This document shows positions 12,696 through 25,085 of a DNA stretch of 64,000 nt, one piece after another. The stretch spans positions 744,001 to 808,000 of the forward strand of contig NC_134031.1 in NCBI RefSeq assembly GCF_964204645.1, in the 5' to 3' direction. The notes beneath the pieces were generated by a model that worked only from the letters and a program-made list of their open reading frames with translations, did not search any database and was not told where the DNA came from. Numbering within the stretch: position 1 is the first letter of the stretch; each line of letters opens with the position of its first letter. Position numbers and translations under genes: made by a program. The stretch comes from Tubulanus polymorphus. Taxonomy: Eukaryota > Animalia > Nemertea.

Positions 12696-15600
12696 ATGCC
12701 TGTTCAAATTCCGCAGTGGACCGAGTACCTGTCGTGTCCGATCTGTTTTAATAAATACAACGATTTGATTCACGTGCCGTTAACTCTGAGCTGTGGTCAT
12801 ACGTTGTGTAAAACATGTCTGTCGAAACTTCACCAGAATAAATGTCCGTTCGACCAGACAGCGATCGGACGATCAGCCGACGACCTGCCGCCGAATAACG
12901 TCATCATTCGACTGGTCAACGGTCGACCGCCCGAATTCAAAAAACTTCCGAAATTAATCGGGGATAAAAATGTGGATCTGTTTGAGTCGTGTATGTCGTT
13001 AATTGAGGAGTTAGCGATGTATCTGAAACCAGTTACGCAACCATTACAAGGTAAGGTACCATCTCACAGGGGAGGGAGAGGGGACCTCACAGGGTAGAGA
13101 GAGGGGACCTCACAGGGTAGAGAGGGGACCTCACAGGGGAGAGGGGTCCTCACAGGGGAGGGGGACCTCATAAGCACCTCACACAGGGAGAGAAGACCTC
13201 ACGGAGCTGTCAACTGTCCCTGATGGGCGTTTTGTAGGCGATTGAAAATCAATTGCTGTCCCTGAAACAATTTTCGGTTATCCCTCTTAAAAATTCTTCA
13301 TTATTTCCCTAATAATGTCCCTAAAAATTGTAAAATTTTCTTTTTTATCCGTGAATATGGTAAATTGATAATAGCATGTCTGAAATTGTCTGTATCCTGA
13401 TTGGTCGGATCAAATCACAGACTGTGTTTCCATTTTAAGTTAATTATTGACTCTTGAATTATTTATAGATTTGAATGTGAATATCCCGAGTAGCGGTAAT
13501 TCGACCAGTAGCGCCACCTGTAGCAGTGTATTGAGTCGACCGATGCAGCGTAAACTGGTCGCGTTGATAAACTGTCAGCTGATCGAGGATGAGGGACGAT
13601 CTCGAGCGATGCGAGGAGCTCGGTCCCTCGGCGAACGTACCGTTACTGAACTTATATTACACCATCAGAATCCACATCAACTATCGGCGAATCTTTGGGC
13701 TGCAGTGCGAGCTCGCGGCTGTCAGTTCTTAGGACCAGGTAATTACAACACTTACGCAGTATTCTCTTGGTTCAAATGGATCTATTGGAAAAATGCTTGT
13801 CTAGTTAAAGAATTGTGAAAAAAAAATTGAAAATTATAAAAAATGTGTGAAAAATTGGAGAAAATTGTCTGTCGAAATATTTTGATCCCCTTTTTTATGC
13901 CGTACACGGTTGAGCTTGAAATCTATGCAAAAGCTGAAATTTTATTTTAACCTGTCCAGATTGTGATTAGTTACCTCTTATAAAGCTGCAAAGAAAAATG
14001 TGAATAGAGACCTTATTTTTATGGATTTTAAGATTCCTCAGTTCATTAATCTGATCCCTGAAACAATGAAATATCTTGAAGTCTTTGATTAAATCGTGTG
14101 GCTTTTCATCAAAATGTTCTTCTAGCCTAGAGAATCTAACTGTGGGTCAAACAAGTTTAGTTTCTGAAGTCCACGTTTGATGTATTTATATAAATTATAT
14201 TTTAGCGATGCAGGAAGAAGTATTGAAGTTAATATTGTTAGCTTTAGAAGACGGTTCCGCTTTATCTCGTAAAGTTCTCGTATTATTCGTCGTGCAGCGA
14301 CTCGAGGCTCAATATCCACAAGCATCAAAAACTGCTATAGGACACGTCGTACAACTTCTCTATAGAGCTTCTTGTTTTAAGGTTTGTATCATTCCTTTTA
14401 ATTGTGATGATATTCGAGTCTAGTTACTCTGAGACTGGTCTTACATCGTTGAATTTGGCTTAAATACAACATGAGCTTAGACTGGTCTTAAGTTGTTCGA
14501 TAGGCTAAAGAACCGAAATGAGTTTAAACTGGTCGAAAGTTGTTAGATAAGTTATTGAAATAAAGTAAGCTTGTGGACTGTGGTCTCAAGTTGTAAGATT
14601 CACAATAAAACCAAAATGAGTTTAGACTGGTCATGACTCTTGATTCTGCACCTGTTCGCTAGATTTTAGTCGAAATGTGTTTCAATCTGTGCTGACTGAT
14701 AGTTTAACTGCAGCGGGCTGCTGTATCTGATAGTTTAACTGCAGCGGGCTGCTGTATCTCTGCTGGTAGTTACTGTATCTGATAGTTTAACTGCAGCGGG
14801 CTGCAGCTGTATCTGATAGTTTAACTGCAGTGGGCTGCTGTATCTGATAGTTTAACTGCAGCGGGCTGCTGTATCTCTGCTGGTAGTTACTGTATCTGAT
14901 AGTTTAACTGCAGCGGGCTGCTGTATCTCTGCTGGTAGTTACAGTATATGTATGATATATTTCAGGTTACAAAGCGTGATGAAGAATCGTCTCTGATGCA
15001 GCTGAAAGAAGAATTTCGTAATTATGAATCGTTGAGACGTGAACACGATTCACAGGTCGTACAGATCGCTACTGAGGCTGGATTACGTATCGCGCCCGAA
15101 CAATGGTCGTCTTTACTATACGGAGATACTTCACATAAATCACACATGCAGTCTATCATAGATAAGGTATCTATTTAAAATCTACCTCTTTTACTGGGTT
15201 CTTAAACGTCTGGCAAAATCATTCCAGATTTATTGCGGGATAATCTGGGTTCTGATTCTTTTAAAAATCAGCGTAAAGTTGGGGTACTTTGAATTTTGAG
15301 TGTTGTTGTTCTTGCCGGTGAGTGGCACAGAAGAAACTGCCCCCACTGAGGATATCTTATAATTTGATTAGGATGTTCTTCAGTTAAGGGTCTTGAAAAT
15401 ATCGGGGAATTTCGAATTTCCTGATCTTGATATTCTACACAGAATGATATAAAGATAATTGTTTATTTGTTTCAGCTTCAAACTCCTCAGTCGTTTTCAC
15501 AGAGTGTCAGTGAACTGGTGATAGCGTTACAGCGTACCGGTGACCCGGGTAACCTGTCGCGTTTGAGACCACATCTCGATCTGTTAGCTAACATTGATCC

Positions 15601-18600
15601 TACACCGGGTGAGTGTGACATCAATTATCATCATCAGACTCGGCTCAGGTCTTTTAGGACAAAATTTGTCAGACTTGACAGTCATATCGCAGTTTGATAG
15701 TCTTTTGTATAATGTATGATATCAGTAAAATGTTTCAAACATCTAAAGTTGAACTGTTAGCTCTGAGTTTAAAGGTCATCTGCAAGTTGGTTTTCACTGG
15801 ATTAAGCCCTTATCCATGAGTAATAACACTTATACCTGACTAAAACAGTTATTGTTTAAAGTTAATCAGTTATCTCTGAGACTTAATCAGTTATCTAACT
15901 GTCAATTAAACAGTTATCTCTGTCAGTTCAGCCATTATCTCAGAGAATGGTTGAATCTAAATCTTGAGCCTACTGTACCTGTGCGTGCACAATCTGAATG
16001 TATTTATCATAAATGGCGTTGTAAGTATTTTTGTGTGTATTGTATTTTGTTTAGATACACCTCCTCCATCGTGGGATAATCTGAACGCTATAATCAGCGG
16101 AACTCACACGGTTATTAAAGGATTGATCGAATTCGTTCAGAATCACAGTTTTAAAAAGTACGACGCCCCAACGATGCACAGCGCCAAATATAAAACCAGC
16201 ATGTGTCGCGATTATATACAGAAAAACAGCTGTCCTCGTGGCGCCATCTGTACGTTCGCTCATTCCGATGATGAGATGGAAAAGTAAGTCGATGATAAAC
16301 AAAACCTTAACTTCAATAACTTGATTCGATTCTTAAAGTGTTTTATACACAGCCGAGAACCTCTTCACCTCTTCACTATGATAGTGTGAACTGATGAAAT
16401 GTCTGAATAATAATAATCGTATTGTTTTAGATACCGAGCTAAAAGTAAACGAATCGCTAAAACTGGTTTTACAAAATCACTCTCAAGCGATGGAGATTTG
16501 ATAATAGCCAATCAGCAGCCAGCACCTGTTGGATTAGTCCATCAGACCGCTGCCGATAGGTAAGTTACACCTACTCACCCTTCTTGAATGCGTTTTGAAT
16601 GATGAATTGTAAATGATGTTGTAATTGTTTCAGTTTAACGGTAACCGCCTCCAATGGAACATCTACAGTCACAGCTCTAGCGACACCTGTTAATATGTCG
16701 GCTACTGTTAACTCTAATACTACTGTTACTCCTTATACTCCATCAATCAGTAAGTTATCACTCATTTCAACCTGTAGTGTTTTAGGCAGACTACATTTAA
16801 AGTACCTCTGATTATCACTTGTCCCTTTGCTTCTGATGGTCATGTGCCCTGCATGACAAGATATTTGAAATTTTCATAACTCTAATTCATTATTACTGCA
16901 ACTGCTTCAGAATGTGAGCTGAGTCTACTGTAGTATTTTCTGATACGTTAAGTTCATGGTAGTTTTAATCTTGTAGGAAATAATTTACCGATTACGGCAC
17001 CTGCTCATCATCACTACAACCACAATTCAGCCAATCACAGATCAGTGAGAGTACCGATATATAACGTCATGTCACCACAAACACGCCCTCTATTGACCGC
17101 GGGAGTCACTCATAAATATCGGCCTCCTACGCGGTATTACTCATCGGGAATCTATGAGGAATATCCACCAACATCTGGACCTCCACGGGTACGTGTGTGC
17201 ATGTGTTCCACTGATCCAGGTTCCACACTTACTGGACCTGGTTCCACAGTTACTGGACCTGGTTCCACAGTTACAGGACCAGGTTCCACAGTTACTGGAC
17301 CAGGTTCCACAGTTACTGGACCAGATTCCACAGCTCTGTTTGATCCCGGTTCAACATTTTAAGGTTAAAATTTGACTATGGTTAAAACATTATGGATGAA
17401 CTAATTTCAAATCTCAAGTAAAATTTAGCCAATGACACCTTGGGAACAGTAGACATCGATACTGTTAGTTCTTAGTCAAATGTGACTCAAGGGAAATGAA
17501 TGAACTAATTGCGAATATTTATATAATATAGGTGAATATTGGATCAGGAGGAATCTTACAGGATTTATATCAACGTCGATCCGAATTATTGGCTCAGTTG
17601 CATCATCGAGTTCCGTCGGTGACACCAGGTGTCGCTAGTAGTAGCGGTAGTATGACCCATAGAGAATTAGCGCGGTCTGTCAGTGATACCGCTGGTACGA
17701 TGCACGTTACGTCAACACTAGCGCAGCATAACAACACCAACAAGAATTATCCTCGCACCACGACGACAGGTAAGACAACTAAACCGGGTTCAACTAAACA
17801 GGGGATCGGACTGGAACGTACTATACCGAGGACCGGACTCGGTCCGGTTTCATATTATCGGATAAAGTTCCTCAATCGTGACAGAAATATCATTGTATTT
17901 TTGAAGGTAAAACAAAGACATTGAAAACATCGAGTTCAAGTTCTAACTCTAGTTCATACACGGCCTGGTCGACAGGTGATGATTCTGAATTACTCGTAAG
18001 TGTTTATTCGTTTATATGGTTTCCTCCGTGAATTCCCCCTATGACATCATACTTTCACTATTGTTTTTATTGATTATAGCGTTGTGAAGGCGATATACAA
18101 ACACTACCGGTAGTTAGTGACGACGATATCTGGGATAATACGTTTCAAACTCCGGTCAGGTCAGTAGAAACGTTATCAGTTCTTAATATTTAATTCTTAG
18201 ATATACAGTGGAACCTAGTAACAATTCTTAGATATACAGCGGAACCTCGTTACAGCGAACTTCTCAGGAAATCTGTTCGTTATAACTGATAGTTCGTTGT
18301 ATCCAGTATGAAATTAATCAAATTTTCTGACTTAGGACGAAATTCTGTATTTGTAATATCCGATGAATCGTATCGGAGGGTTCGTTATAACGACGTTCCA
18401 CTGTATTAACGATGATAGGTTTTATAAAACTCTTTGTGTTTCACTGCGCTATCTCTCGTCCATACATCTGTATAAATAGATTACATTTCAGTGTCCTCTT
18501 AAATGAATCAATGTTTGTAAAACATTGGTAAAAGAACTGATTTTAACTCTATGAATAGTTTATTTGCAACTGTCCGATTAAAATAGGTACCGAATGACAA

Positions 18601-19519
18601 AGGGTTAATTGTGAATGTTTGATTGTAGTTTGGATTCTGATGATGATGAAAGTTACGTTCCGTTCGGTTATAATGACGGTGATGATGACGACGATGATTT
18701 GATCCCGTTTGACCCGGTTCCGCGAGTATCGAAATATGGTCCGATATCTCGAACTGCGAGATCTCGTATTCGTAACACAGCGCCCGTCATGGCAACAGCT
18801 TCCATTCAGGTTCGAATCGCGTTCAACTTATTCACGTTTTATTTTTAATTTGACTGATTTAACGTTGTTTCGATTGTTGTGTATTTTCAGGAGGTTGCCA
18901 CGACACCGGTAACAGCGTTAACACCGTTGAGTCACCCGTATCAGACGGTATCTTGGATACCGAGTATCTACACACACCGTAACGATACATCGGAGCCACT
19001 TGCGATACACTCAAAAATACACGATTCAGAACCAGCGAGTTTATGGAAACAAAGGTTTGTCCTCTCTCTAACCAAACACCCTTCAGCCTGGAACCACCCT
19101 TCAATAGTTAACGATGTCAGGTGTGCAGGGTCGAGGGTGTGTGGGGCAGAGAGTGTGCAGGGTCGAGGGTGTGTAGGGCAGAGAGTGTGCGGGGTCGAGG
19201 GTGTGCAGGGTTGAGGGTGTGCAGGGTTGAGGGTGTGCAGGGCCGAGGGTGTGCAGGGTTGAGGGTGTGCAGGGTTGAGTGATATGAAATGATTGTTATA
19301 TTGTTTATTGATAGAAGTGACACAAGCCGCAGGATGATGTACGAAGAATGTGATCATGTGATGCATGAATTAGAAAGAGTAGATCAACAGATTCGAATTA
19401 TTGCTGAAGATGAACAACTTGTTAAAGACATACAAGCATTGAATATACCGGGTCCCAGATCGCAGGCCTTTAATATACCGGGTTCTGGATCGCAGGCCTT
19501 GTACCGGGTACGTCATTAA
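12696..19519 (+). CDS. RC3H1: Roquin (RING, ROQ, CCCH zinc finger) RNA-binding protein
   Basis: Exons 12696-13050, 13469-13738, 14206-14381, 14966-15166, 15476-15608, 16055-16283, 16431-16559, 16634-16749, 16977-17188, 17532-17769, 17976-17995, 18080-18159, 18629-18809, 18891-19054, 19315-19507 (or read-through to 19519). [21 protein letters not shown]; ROQ ([37 protein letters not shown]); [18 protein letters not shown]; [16 protein letters not shown]. Stop uncertain: 19519, or 19811 after an acceptor at 19805. Presumed co-ortholog of RC3H1/RC3H2. Confidence 0.93.
13062..13205. repeat. Purine-rich minisatellite (GGGGACCTCACAGGG core)
   Basis: About 7 imperfect 18-23 bp units just after the Roquin exon donor. 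Confidence 0.8.
14695..14942. repeat. Minisatellite CTGATAGTTTAACTGCAGCGGGCTGCTGTAT
   Basis: Six copies of a 31-bp unit, some with an added segment. Confidence 0.9.
17215..17332. repeat. 21-bp minisatellite CCAGGTTCCACAGTTACTGGA
   Basis: About 5.5 copies, intronic. Confidence 0.9.
18237..18403. mobile_element. Tc1/mariner-pogo-type MITE
   Basis: TA|CAGCGGAACCTCGTTACAGCGAAC ... GTTCGTTATAACGACGTTCCACTG|TA; TA on both sides; partial duplicate of the left end at about 18193-18218. Confidence 0.75.
19118..19279. repeat. 16-bp G-rich minisatellite GGGTTGAGGGTGTGCA
   Basis: About 10 imperfect copies, intronic. Confidence 0.9.
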
Positions 19520-20924
19520 CCGTCTTTAAAAACCACAAACCAGTTTCACAGTTCTACGTACGTTAATTATTGACTTTAAAACAATGAAAATGAACTAATT
19601 AATACCTGAAGTGCTGGAGATAATTTGAAAGAGAGATAGAGATAGAAACTAATTACTAATAGCATTAATACACCGCGGTGCGGTGTACTAGCAGAGTTCA
19701 TCATCGATTTATACACTGCACTGAAAGGGTCAACTTCAAGTTGACAACTGTAGAACTGGCATCTTTTCATCTTGTTCTTCGACATCTGTTTGTTTCTGAT
19801 TTCAGAATTAAGAGCGAGAATCGATGGAAGTTATTTCACAGTTTAAGCGGAAGGAATAAAACGTTCACTCGTACGAACTCTGTTTTAGGAGAGAGAGAGA
19901 GAGATTAGTGAATTATTGCGGTTTAAAACCGATTGTTAACGCGTTAACACCGGGAGTTGATTATACTTATACAAACTGTGCTTATTTGAAATGTACTTTA
20001 TACATATATATATATATATAAACCTCACATTGCTTTTCATAATGAAAATGCACTAAAATTAATCGTTAAAGTGACTATTTTTATCCGTAAATCCGACTCA
20101 AATTCTCAATTTTTCTGATTATTTGAAGTGATTGAACTAACAATTCACAACAGTTGTTTGTAACAGTCCATTGTTGTCCGCTGTAGTTGCGGTCAAAACG
20201 TGATTAGGTCATCGTCAGGTTCTCTTTAAGTCGTCACGTTACTGAAGTTATCTGTAAGTCATTTCGATAAGTCATCATAACTAGGTCATTCCGTTCATGA
20301 CTCGTCCAAATGACAACTTACGTTTAGTAAATTGAATTAGAAATATAAATCATGATTCAAAAATAGCGAAGACTTCAGTAATTCGACGACTTATCAGTTG
20401 ATGACGAAGTGATAAGCGAGTTTGACTGTTATGTTTATTACAACAACGATGACTTTGACTAAAAACAAATGACTGTTGTGAGAAGTGAATTCAGTTACAG
20501 GTGTGTTAAAGTGCTGTCAGATGGATGAATATATTCTATGGTTTATAAAACTATAATAGTCACTTTAGCTGAAATAAATGGCTTCTAAATACTTGTTTAT
20601 TGTTTAATATTTAAAAAATTCATACATGTTATTTAAGCCATTCTGTTACCTTCTGAGTGACACGTGTAATATAGATATTTATAGATTCCTACGTGTACTG
20701 TATATCGGTATATTAGATAATGATTATGTTTATAATGTTATTGATCTACTGCCTGTACCCCCACCCCGCGTCCTGTTATAAATCATCACGATGTCTGCAC
20801 AATGTGCTTCTCCATGAAATAGGTAAAAACTGTAATTCATGTTCATATAAAAATGTCTGGAGTTTAAACAAAAGATCGGGTGCAGTGTTGATCAGTTTTT
20901 CTAAGGAAAGCCAAAGTTTTTCTA

Positions 20925-21150
20925 TTGTCTGAGGGTTTGCGAGGTACAGGCAGCAGATTGTTTACGGCTGAAAGCAGATTGTCTTAGAGGGTGGGAGTAT
21001 AGACAGCAGATTGTCTGAGGGGTACAGACAGCACAGATTGTCTGAGGGGTACAGACAGCGCAGATTGTCTGAGGGGATGCAGGTTACAGACAGCACAGAT
21101 TGTCTGAGGGTCCCGACAGCACAGATTGTCTGAGGGGGTACAGGTTACGG
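20925..21150. repeat. CAGATTGTCTGAGGGGTACAGACAGCA minisatellite
   Basis: About 8 imperfect copies in the presumed Roquin 3' region. Confidence 0.85.
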
Positions 21151-21868
21151 ACATCAGATCGACATTTGAACTGATAATCCACTAGCGATGTATCTAGCTT
21201 CTGCGCTTGCAAATTAATCGTAATTTTTAAAGCCGAAATAAATAAAAACCTTAAGTTCAAGCTATAATTAGATAAAGTGTATAAGAATACAAAGCAACCT
21301 TGTGTAATTCGTTTGGTGGAGTTGTTTTTTTGATATTTAGCTGTAATGTGCTGTGCTGCTTACAGATTTTTACCTGTTTACGAATATTAACGTAATTTAG
21401 ACTTTAATATTGTGTGTAGTGTTGGATTGTTATATATTTTAAACTGTGAAAAAAGTACGGAAGGCGTCCCGGAAAGAGGTCTGCCTGGGATCGAAAAATA
21501 TTTTTGGAATTTATTCCATGGTAATAAATATCTCAAAATGAAAATTAATTATTCTCGTGAGATATCATGTCGAAATGATTTCTGAAATGTTTTTGAATTG
21601 ATGAAAATTTACCCGAAATTTCCTGGGGGTTTCTAGTCAGTAACCTGTGAGTGTCTGTGGTTTAATTTCATTAACCTTGTTATAAGCCCCATTCTTTTCT
21701 AAAAGCTTATCACCAACGTTTATTAAACTAACTAAGGGGTTTCACCATTCAATTAACGAGTTGTTAACCGTTGAGTTTTGTTTTTTATTACCGGTTAAGA
21801 TCTAAGGACTCTTCCGTATCAATGCCTATTACATTGTATCCAGCTGGATACAGTTGAGACCTCGATGC

Positions 21869-21886
21869 TGCCAGCAGGGGGCAGCG
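21869..21886 (+). promoter_or_regulatory. CTCF consensus site
   Basis: TGCCAGCAGGGGGCAGCG matches the CCASYAGRKGGCRS core. Confidence 0.45.
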
Positions 21887-22545
21887 GGTCAGGGAGTCTA
21901 GTATAAATCGCAATTTCACAATTCGTGAAATGTTGGAAATGTGCTTCATTGTTAATGTATACACCGTATCCTTCAGAACGTCATACCGGCCGTCAATTGG
22001 CCGTCAACCATTCAACTACATACTTCAGTGCCGTTTGCGCCTGAAGGATATGATATTATGACGCGTTTATGACGTCACGGGTCTGACGAGTTGTATGTCT
22101 AACAGTCTAATCGCGGTAGTTCGCCGCAGCTACAGCGAGAGAATAACACCTCGACTTTGAATTTAACTACATGTATTGACCTCGTAAGATTTATTATTTG
22201 TAATTTAATTACGACATAAATTAGTGTTAATTTCTAGCACTCTGAATGCAATGATGTAACCGCGGCTGACATCTTTCTTCAATATTCCTCTGTATTACAT
22301 GTATATACAACGAATAATGAATTAAACAAATGATGTTTATCAATATCGCCAGTGAGAAAAGTAGATAAATCATGATTTTGTTTTTTTTGTTCGGAAAAAG
22401 TTTTTTGAGAGCGCAAGATCGGAGTAAATTTTGAGACGATATCAACATCATCAGTGCGCGCGTTCCGAGGCCCCAGTCGAGACGTACTGGGACGATACTA
22501 AAACAAGAATTCGCGCCCGAAACCTAGTTCTTCCGTAACCCTAAC

Positions 22546-22614
22546 CCTAGTCCCGACTCGAACCCGGGACCTACCGCGTACCAGTCGGACGTGCTAACCA
22601 CCAGACCATTGATA
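22546..22614 (-). mobile_element. tRNA-derived SINE head or tRNA pseudogene
   Basis: Minus strand TGGTCTGGTGGTTAGCACG...CCCGGGTTCGAGTC (A and B boxes), followed by TAGGGTTAGGGTTA. Confidence 0.55.
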
Positions 22615-22944
22615 TAACCGACGACGTTTGTAAGTTCGTCTGGCCAGTGTGGTGACCAGTCAGGTGTAATCACTGAGAATCAACCGGGGGTCGTAAGGCA
22701 CGTTGCGCTCTGAAAATACGAGAAATTAACCACAGTCTCATCGCCGAGAATGAATGTCATTTTTTGTAGCATTACTTTTCGTTTTTAGCTCGAAATACCG
22801 CGCATCATTAATCAATGGAGTTTTTTTAGTGGCTATCGTGAACCCACCTATAAGCAGCGTCACCGTTTCAACTTTATAATTGGTTACGAATTACAAACCA
22901 GTGAATGATTAGCTTCGTCACTGTAGTAATCGATTACACACAGT

Positions 22945-24090
22945 ATGAACGGCGTGGTGACAACATTACAAGCTGCGCGCCAGGACAACGTGACAACTAC
23001 TAGGACAACCGTAACATCGACTCCTTCGTTTTCAGAATGCGATCATCCGCCGGCGAAATGGCAGTACACGTTCACGTTCTACATGTACACGTTCGTGTAT
23101 CTACCGGCCTCGTTACTGGGAATAGTTCTCAATTTAGCTACGATTACCGTTTTCCGTCGTATCGACAGCGACGCGTATCTCACAGTAATCAATCTCGCCT
23201 GGTTTGACTTACTGTTTCTAGTCACAGTGTTTCTACTGTTTCCGATGCGCACTATTGTCAACTATATATTACTATCCGACTACATCCACAGTTACGATGA
23301 TTGGTATTTTGGTCACGAGATTATTATTTGGGTGTTGCCGTTTTTCTTCACGTTTCAAATGGCCAGAAACTGGTGCGTCGTTATCCTAAATTTCGAGCGA
23401 TTATTGGTCGTCGCCAGTCCGCTGTATTTCAAACGGTTTTGGGCCAAATCTCAAATCATATGTTTCACCGTTGTAAATTTCTTCGTTTCAGCATTCTGTA
23501 ACTGGCCGTATTTCTTTCCGTTGACTCTCCCGGGCAAAGCTACTTGGCACTGTTTTAAAATGGTATCGCTTTACACTATGGGAGCATTTGCGGCCAAAAC
23601 GATCAAAACTCCTTTCGACTACAATTTCAACATCGCGTACTCTTTTACATACCACACATACATCTACATGTGCATCATTTTTCCGTTCGTCATTTTAGCT
23701 TTGATCAACATCGCGTTGGCGATTTTAATTCTACGCAATTATTACAAACTAAAGCGCATCGTCTCGCATTCCAGCGTCAACAAAATCTCGACGAATTCCA
23801 CGACGGCCGAGACGAAAGAGCAGACGATTTTAAAAATGGTTCTTTGTATCGTTTTTATGTTCATGGTATTTGAAATTCCCGCCTCGATGGATCGGCTGAT
23901 TCGTTATCACGAAAAACGTATGGGATGGAACGCGGGTCTTCATTATAATATGCTGATGGTTTTGAGAAAGGTCGGAATTCTGTTGAGTATTTTAGATTCT
24001 TCGTTTAATTTCGTCGTTTACTGTTCGACGAATCGGCTTTTTAAGAAAACGGCAACACGATTTTTCCTCGTTCATTATTTCACCGAATGA
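22945..24090 (+). CDS. Intronless rhodopsin-class GPCR, FMRFamide/peptide-receptor-like clade
   Basis: 381 aa, seven hydrophobic helices; GIVLN (TM1), NLAWFDLL (TM2), NWCVVILNFERL (TM3), PFVILALIN (TM5), IVFMFMVFEIP (TM6), SSFNFVVY (TM7). Confidence 0.9.
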   Translation: MNGVVTTLQAARQDNVTTTRTTVTSTPSFSECDHPPAKWQYTFTFYMYTFVYLPASLLGIVLNLATITVFRRIDSDAYLTVINLAWFDLLFLVTVFLLFPMRTIVNYILLSDYIHSYDDWYFGHEIIIWVLPFFFTFQMARNWCVVILNFERLLVVASPLYFKRFWAKSQIICFTVVNFFVSAFCNWPYFFPLTLPGKATWHCFKMVSLYTMGAFAAKTIKTPFDYNFNIAYSFTYHTYIYMCIIFPFVILALINIALAILILRNYYKLKRIVSHSSVNKISTNSTTAETKEQTILKMVLCIVFMFMVFEIPASMDRLIRYHEKRMGWNAGLHYNMLMVLRKVGILLSILDSSFNFVVYCSTNRLFKKTATRFFLVHYFTE

Positions 24091-25019
24091 TGACGTCACT
24101 GCGTGAATTCGAGATCTTTAGAAAAATACCCGCTGTAATGAGACCCTCTGGGGCGAGCCAAATTAATACCCAATAAGAAAAATTATAAGTTGTTTTTTTT
24201 CAAGTTATGCAACTTGTTTTTTGTGTGTTTGGGACTGGATTACATGTTGCTGCCTCAAACTAAGAGTCTTAAACTAACCAGGGACACATTTTCACATCTT
24301 TAAACTGCTGACCACAAGGTCCCTTAAATGGGCGAGATCACTTCAGATCCTTAAGCAAACTCGGTCGGCGGCTCCATTCGAAATTTTAATCAGTTTATTT
24401 TGTGGCTCGCAGCTCTTTCTTTTCGCGAATTAATATCACGTGATCAGCTAGCGTACTATCGGATATAAACGGGACAAATGTATTTTTTGAAATGACGCAA
24501 GTGTATTACTACTCTTTAGACGCGCTACTTTCTGACTGTACTTATCACAGCGCCGCGGCACAGCGCATCAAAACTAGTTCACTCCAATTCAGGGTAACGT
24601 TTGGAGATCCCAGTACCTTCCAAGTTCTGGTAAAGTTTCGAAGCGGTGTCAGAAATCGAGTTCCCGGCATTTTCGGAACAAAATCAGAGAAATGAACCGG
24701 CGTGCCTTCGTGCCGACCCTAGTGCGCGACAGCGGCGACATCTGAGGGTAAGAAATGTTGCCGTTCCGACAATGCCCTATTGAAAAGAATAAATACCATC
24801 TTCCAGTTAAGATAAAATTCTATCTTTTTTTTGGCAAATAATTCTTTTCCTGAAATAGAAAACACACGATCGATGTTCACGAGCTGAATGATAGTCACAG
24901 TGCTCTATAACCCCTTTTTCGATAAATGGTGACACTCACAATTTTGTGGGTCATACGCAAATGTTATAACTCCTGGCCTGGATCAAACCACCACTCAAGA
25001 GTCCGAGGTTCGAGCCCGC

Positions 25020-25085
25020 GCACACGCGTCGCGCGCTTTTTGAGCAGTGTGGCGCATGCGCGTACGGTGCTATCAATATGGCCGC
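25020..25085 (+). promoter_or_regulatory. EHMT promoter region
   Basis: CpG-rich; NRF1-type palindrome GCGCATGCGC at 25052-25061; YY1-like ATATGGCCGC overlapping the start codon. Confidence 0.5.
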
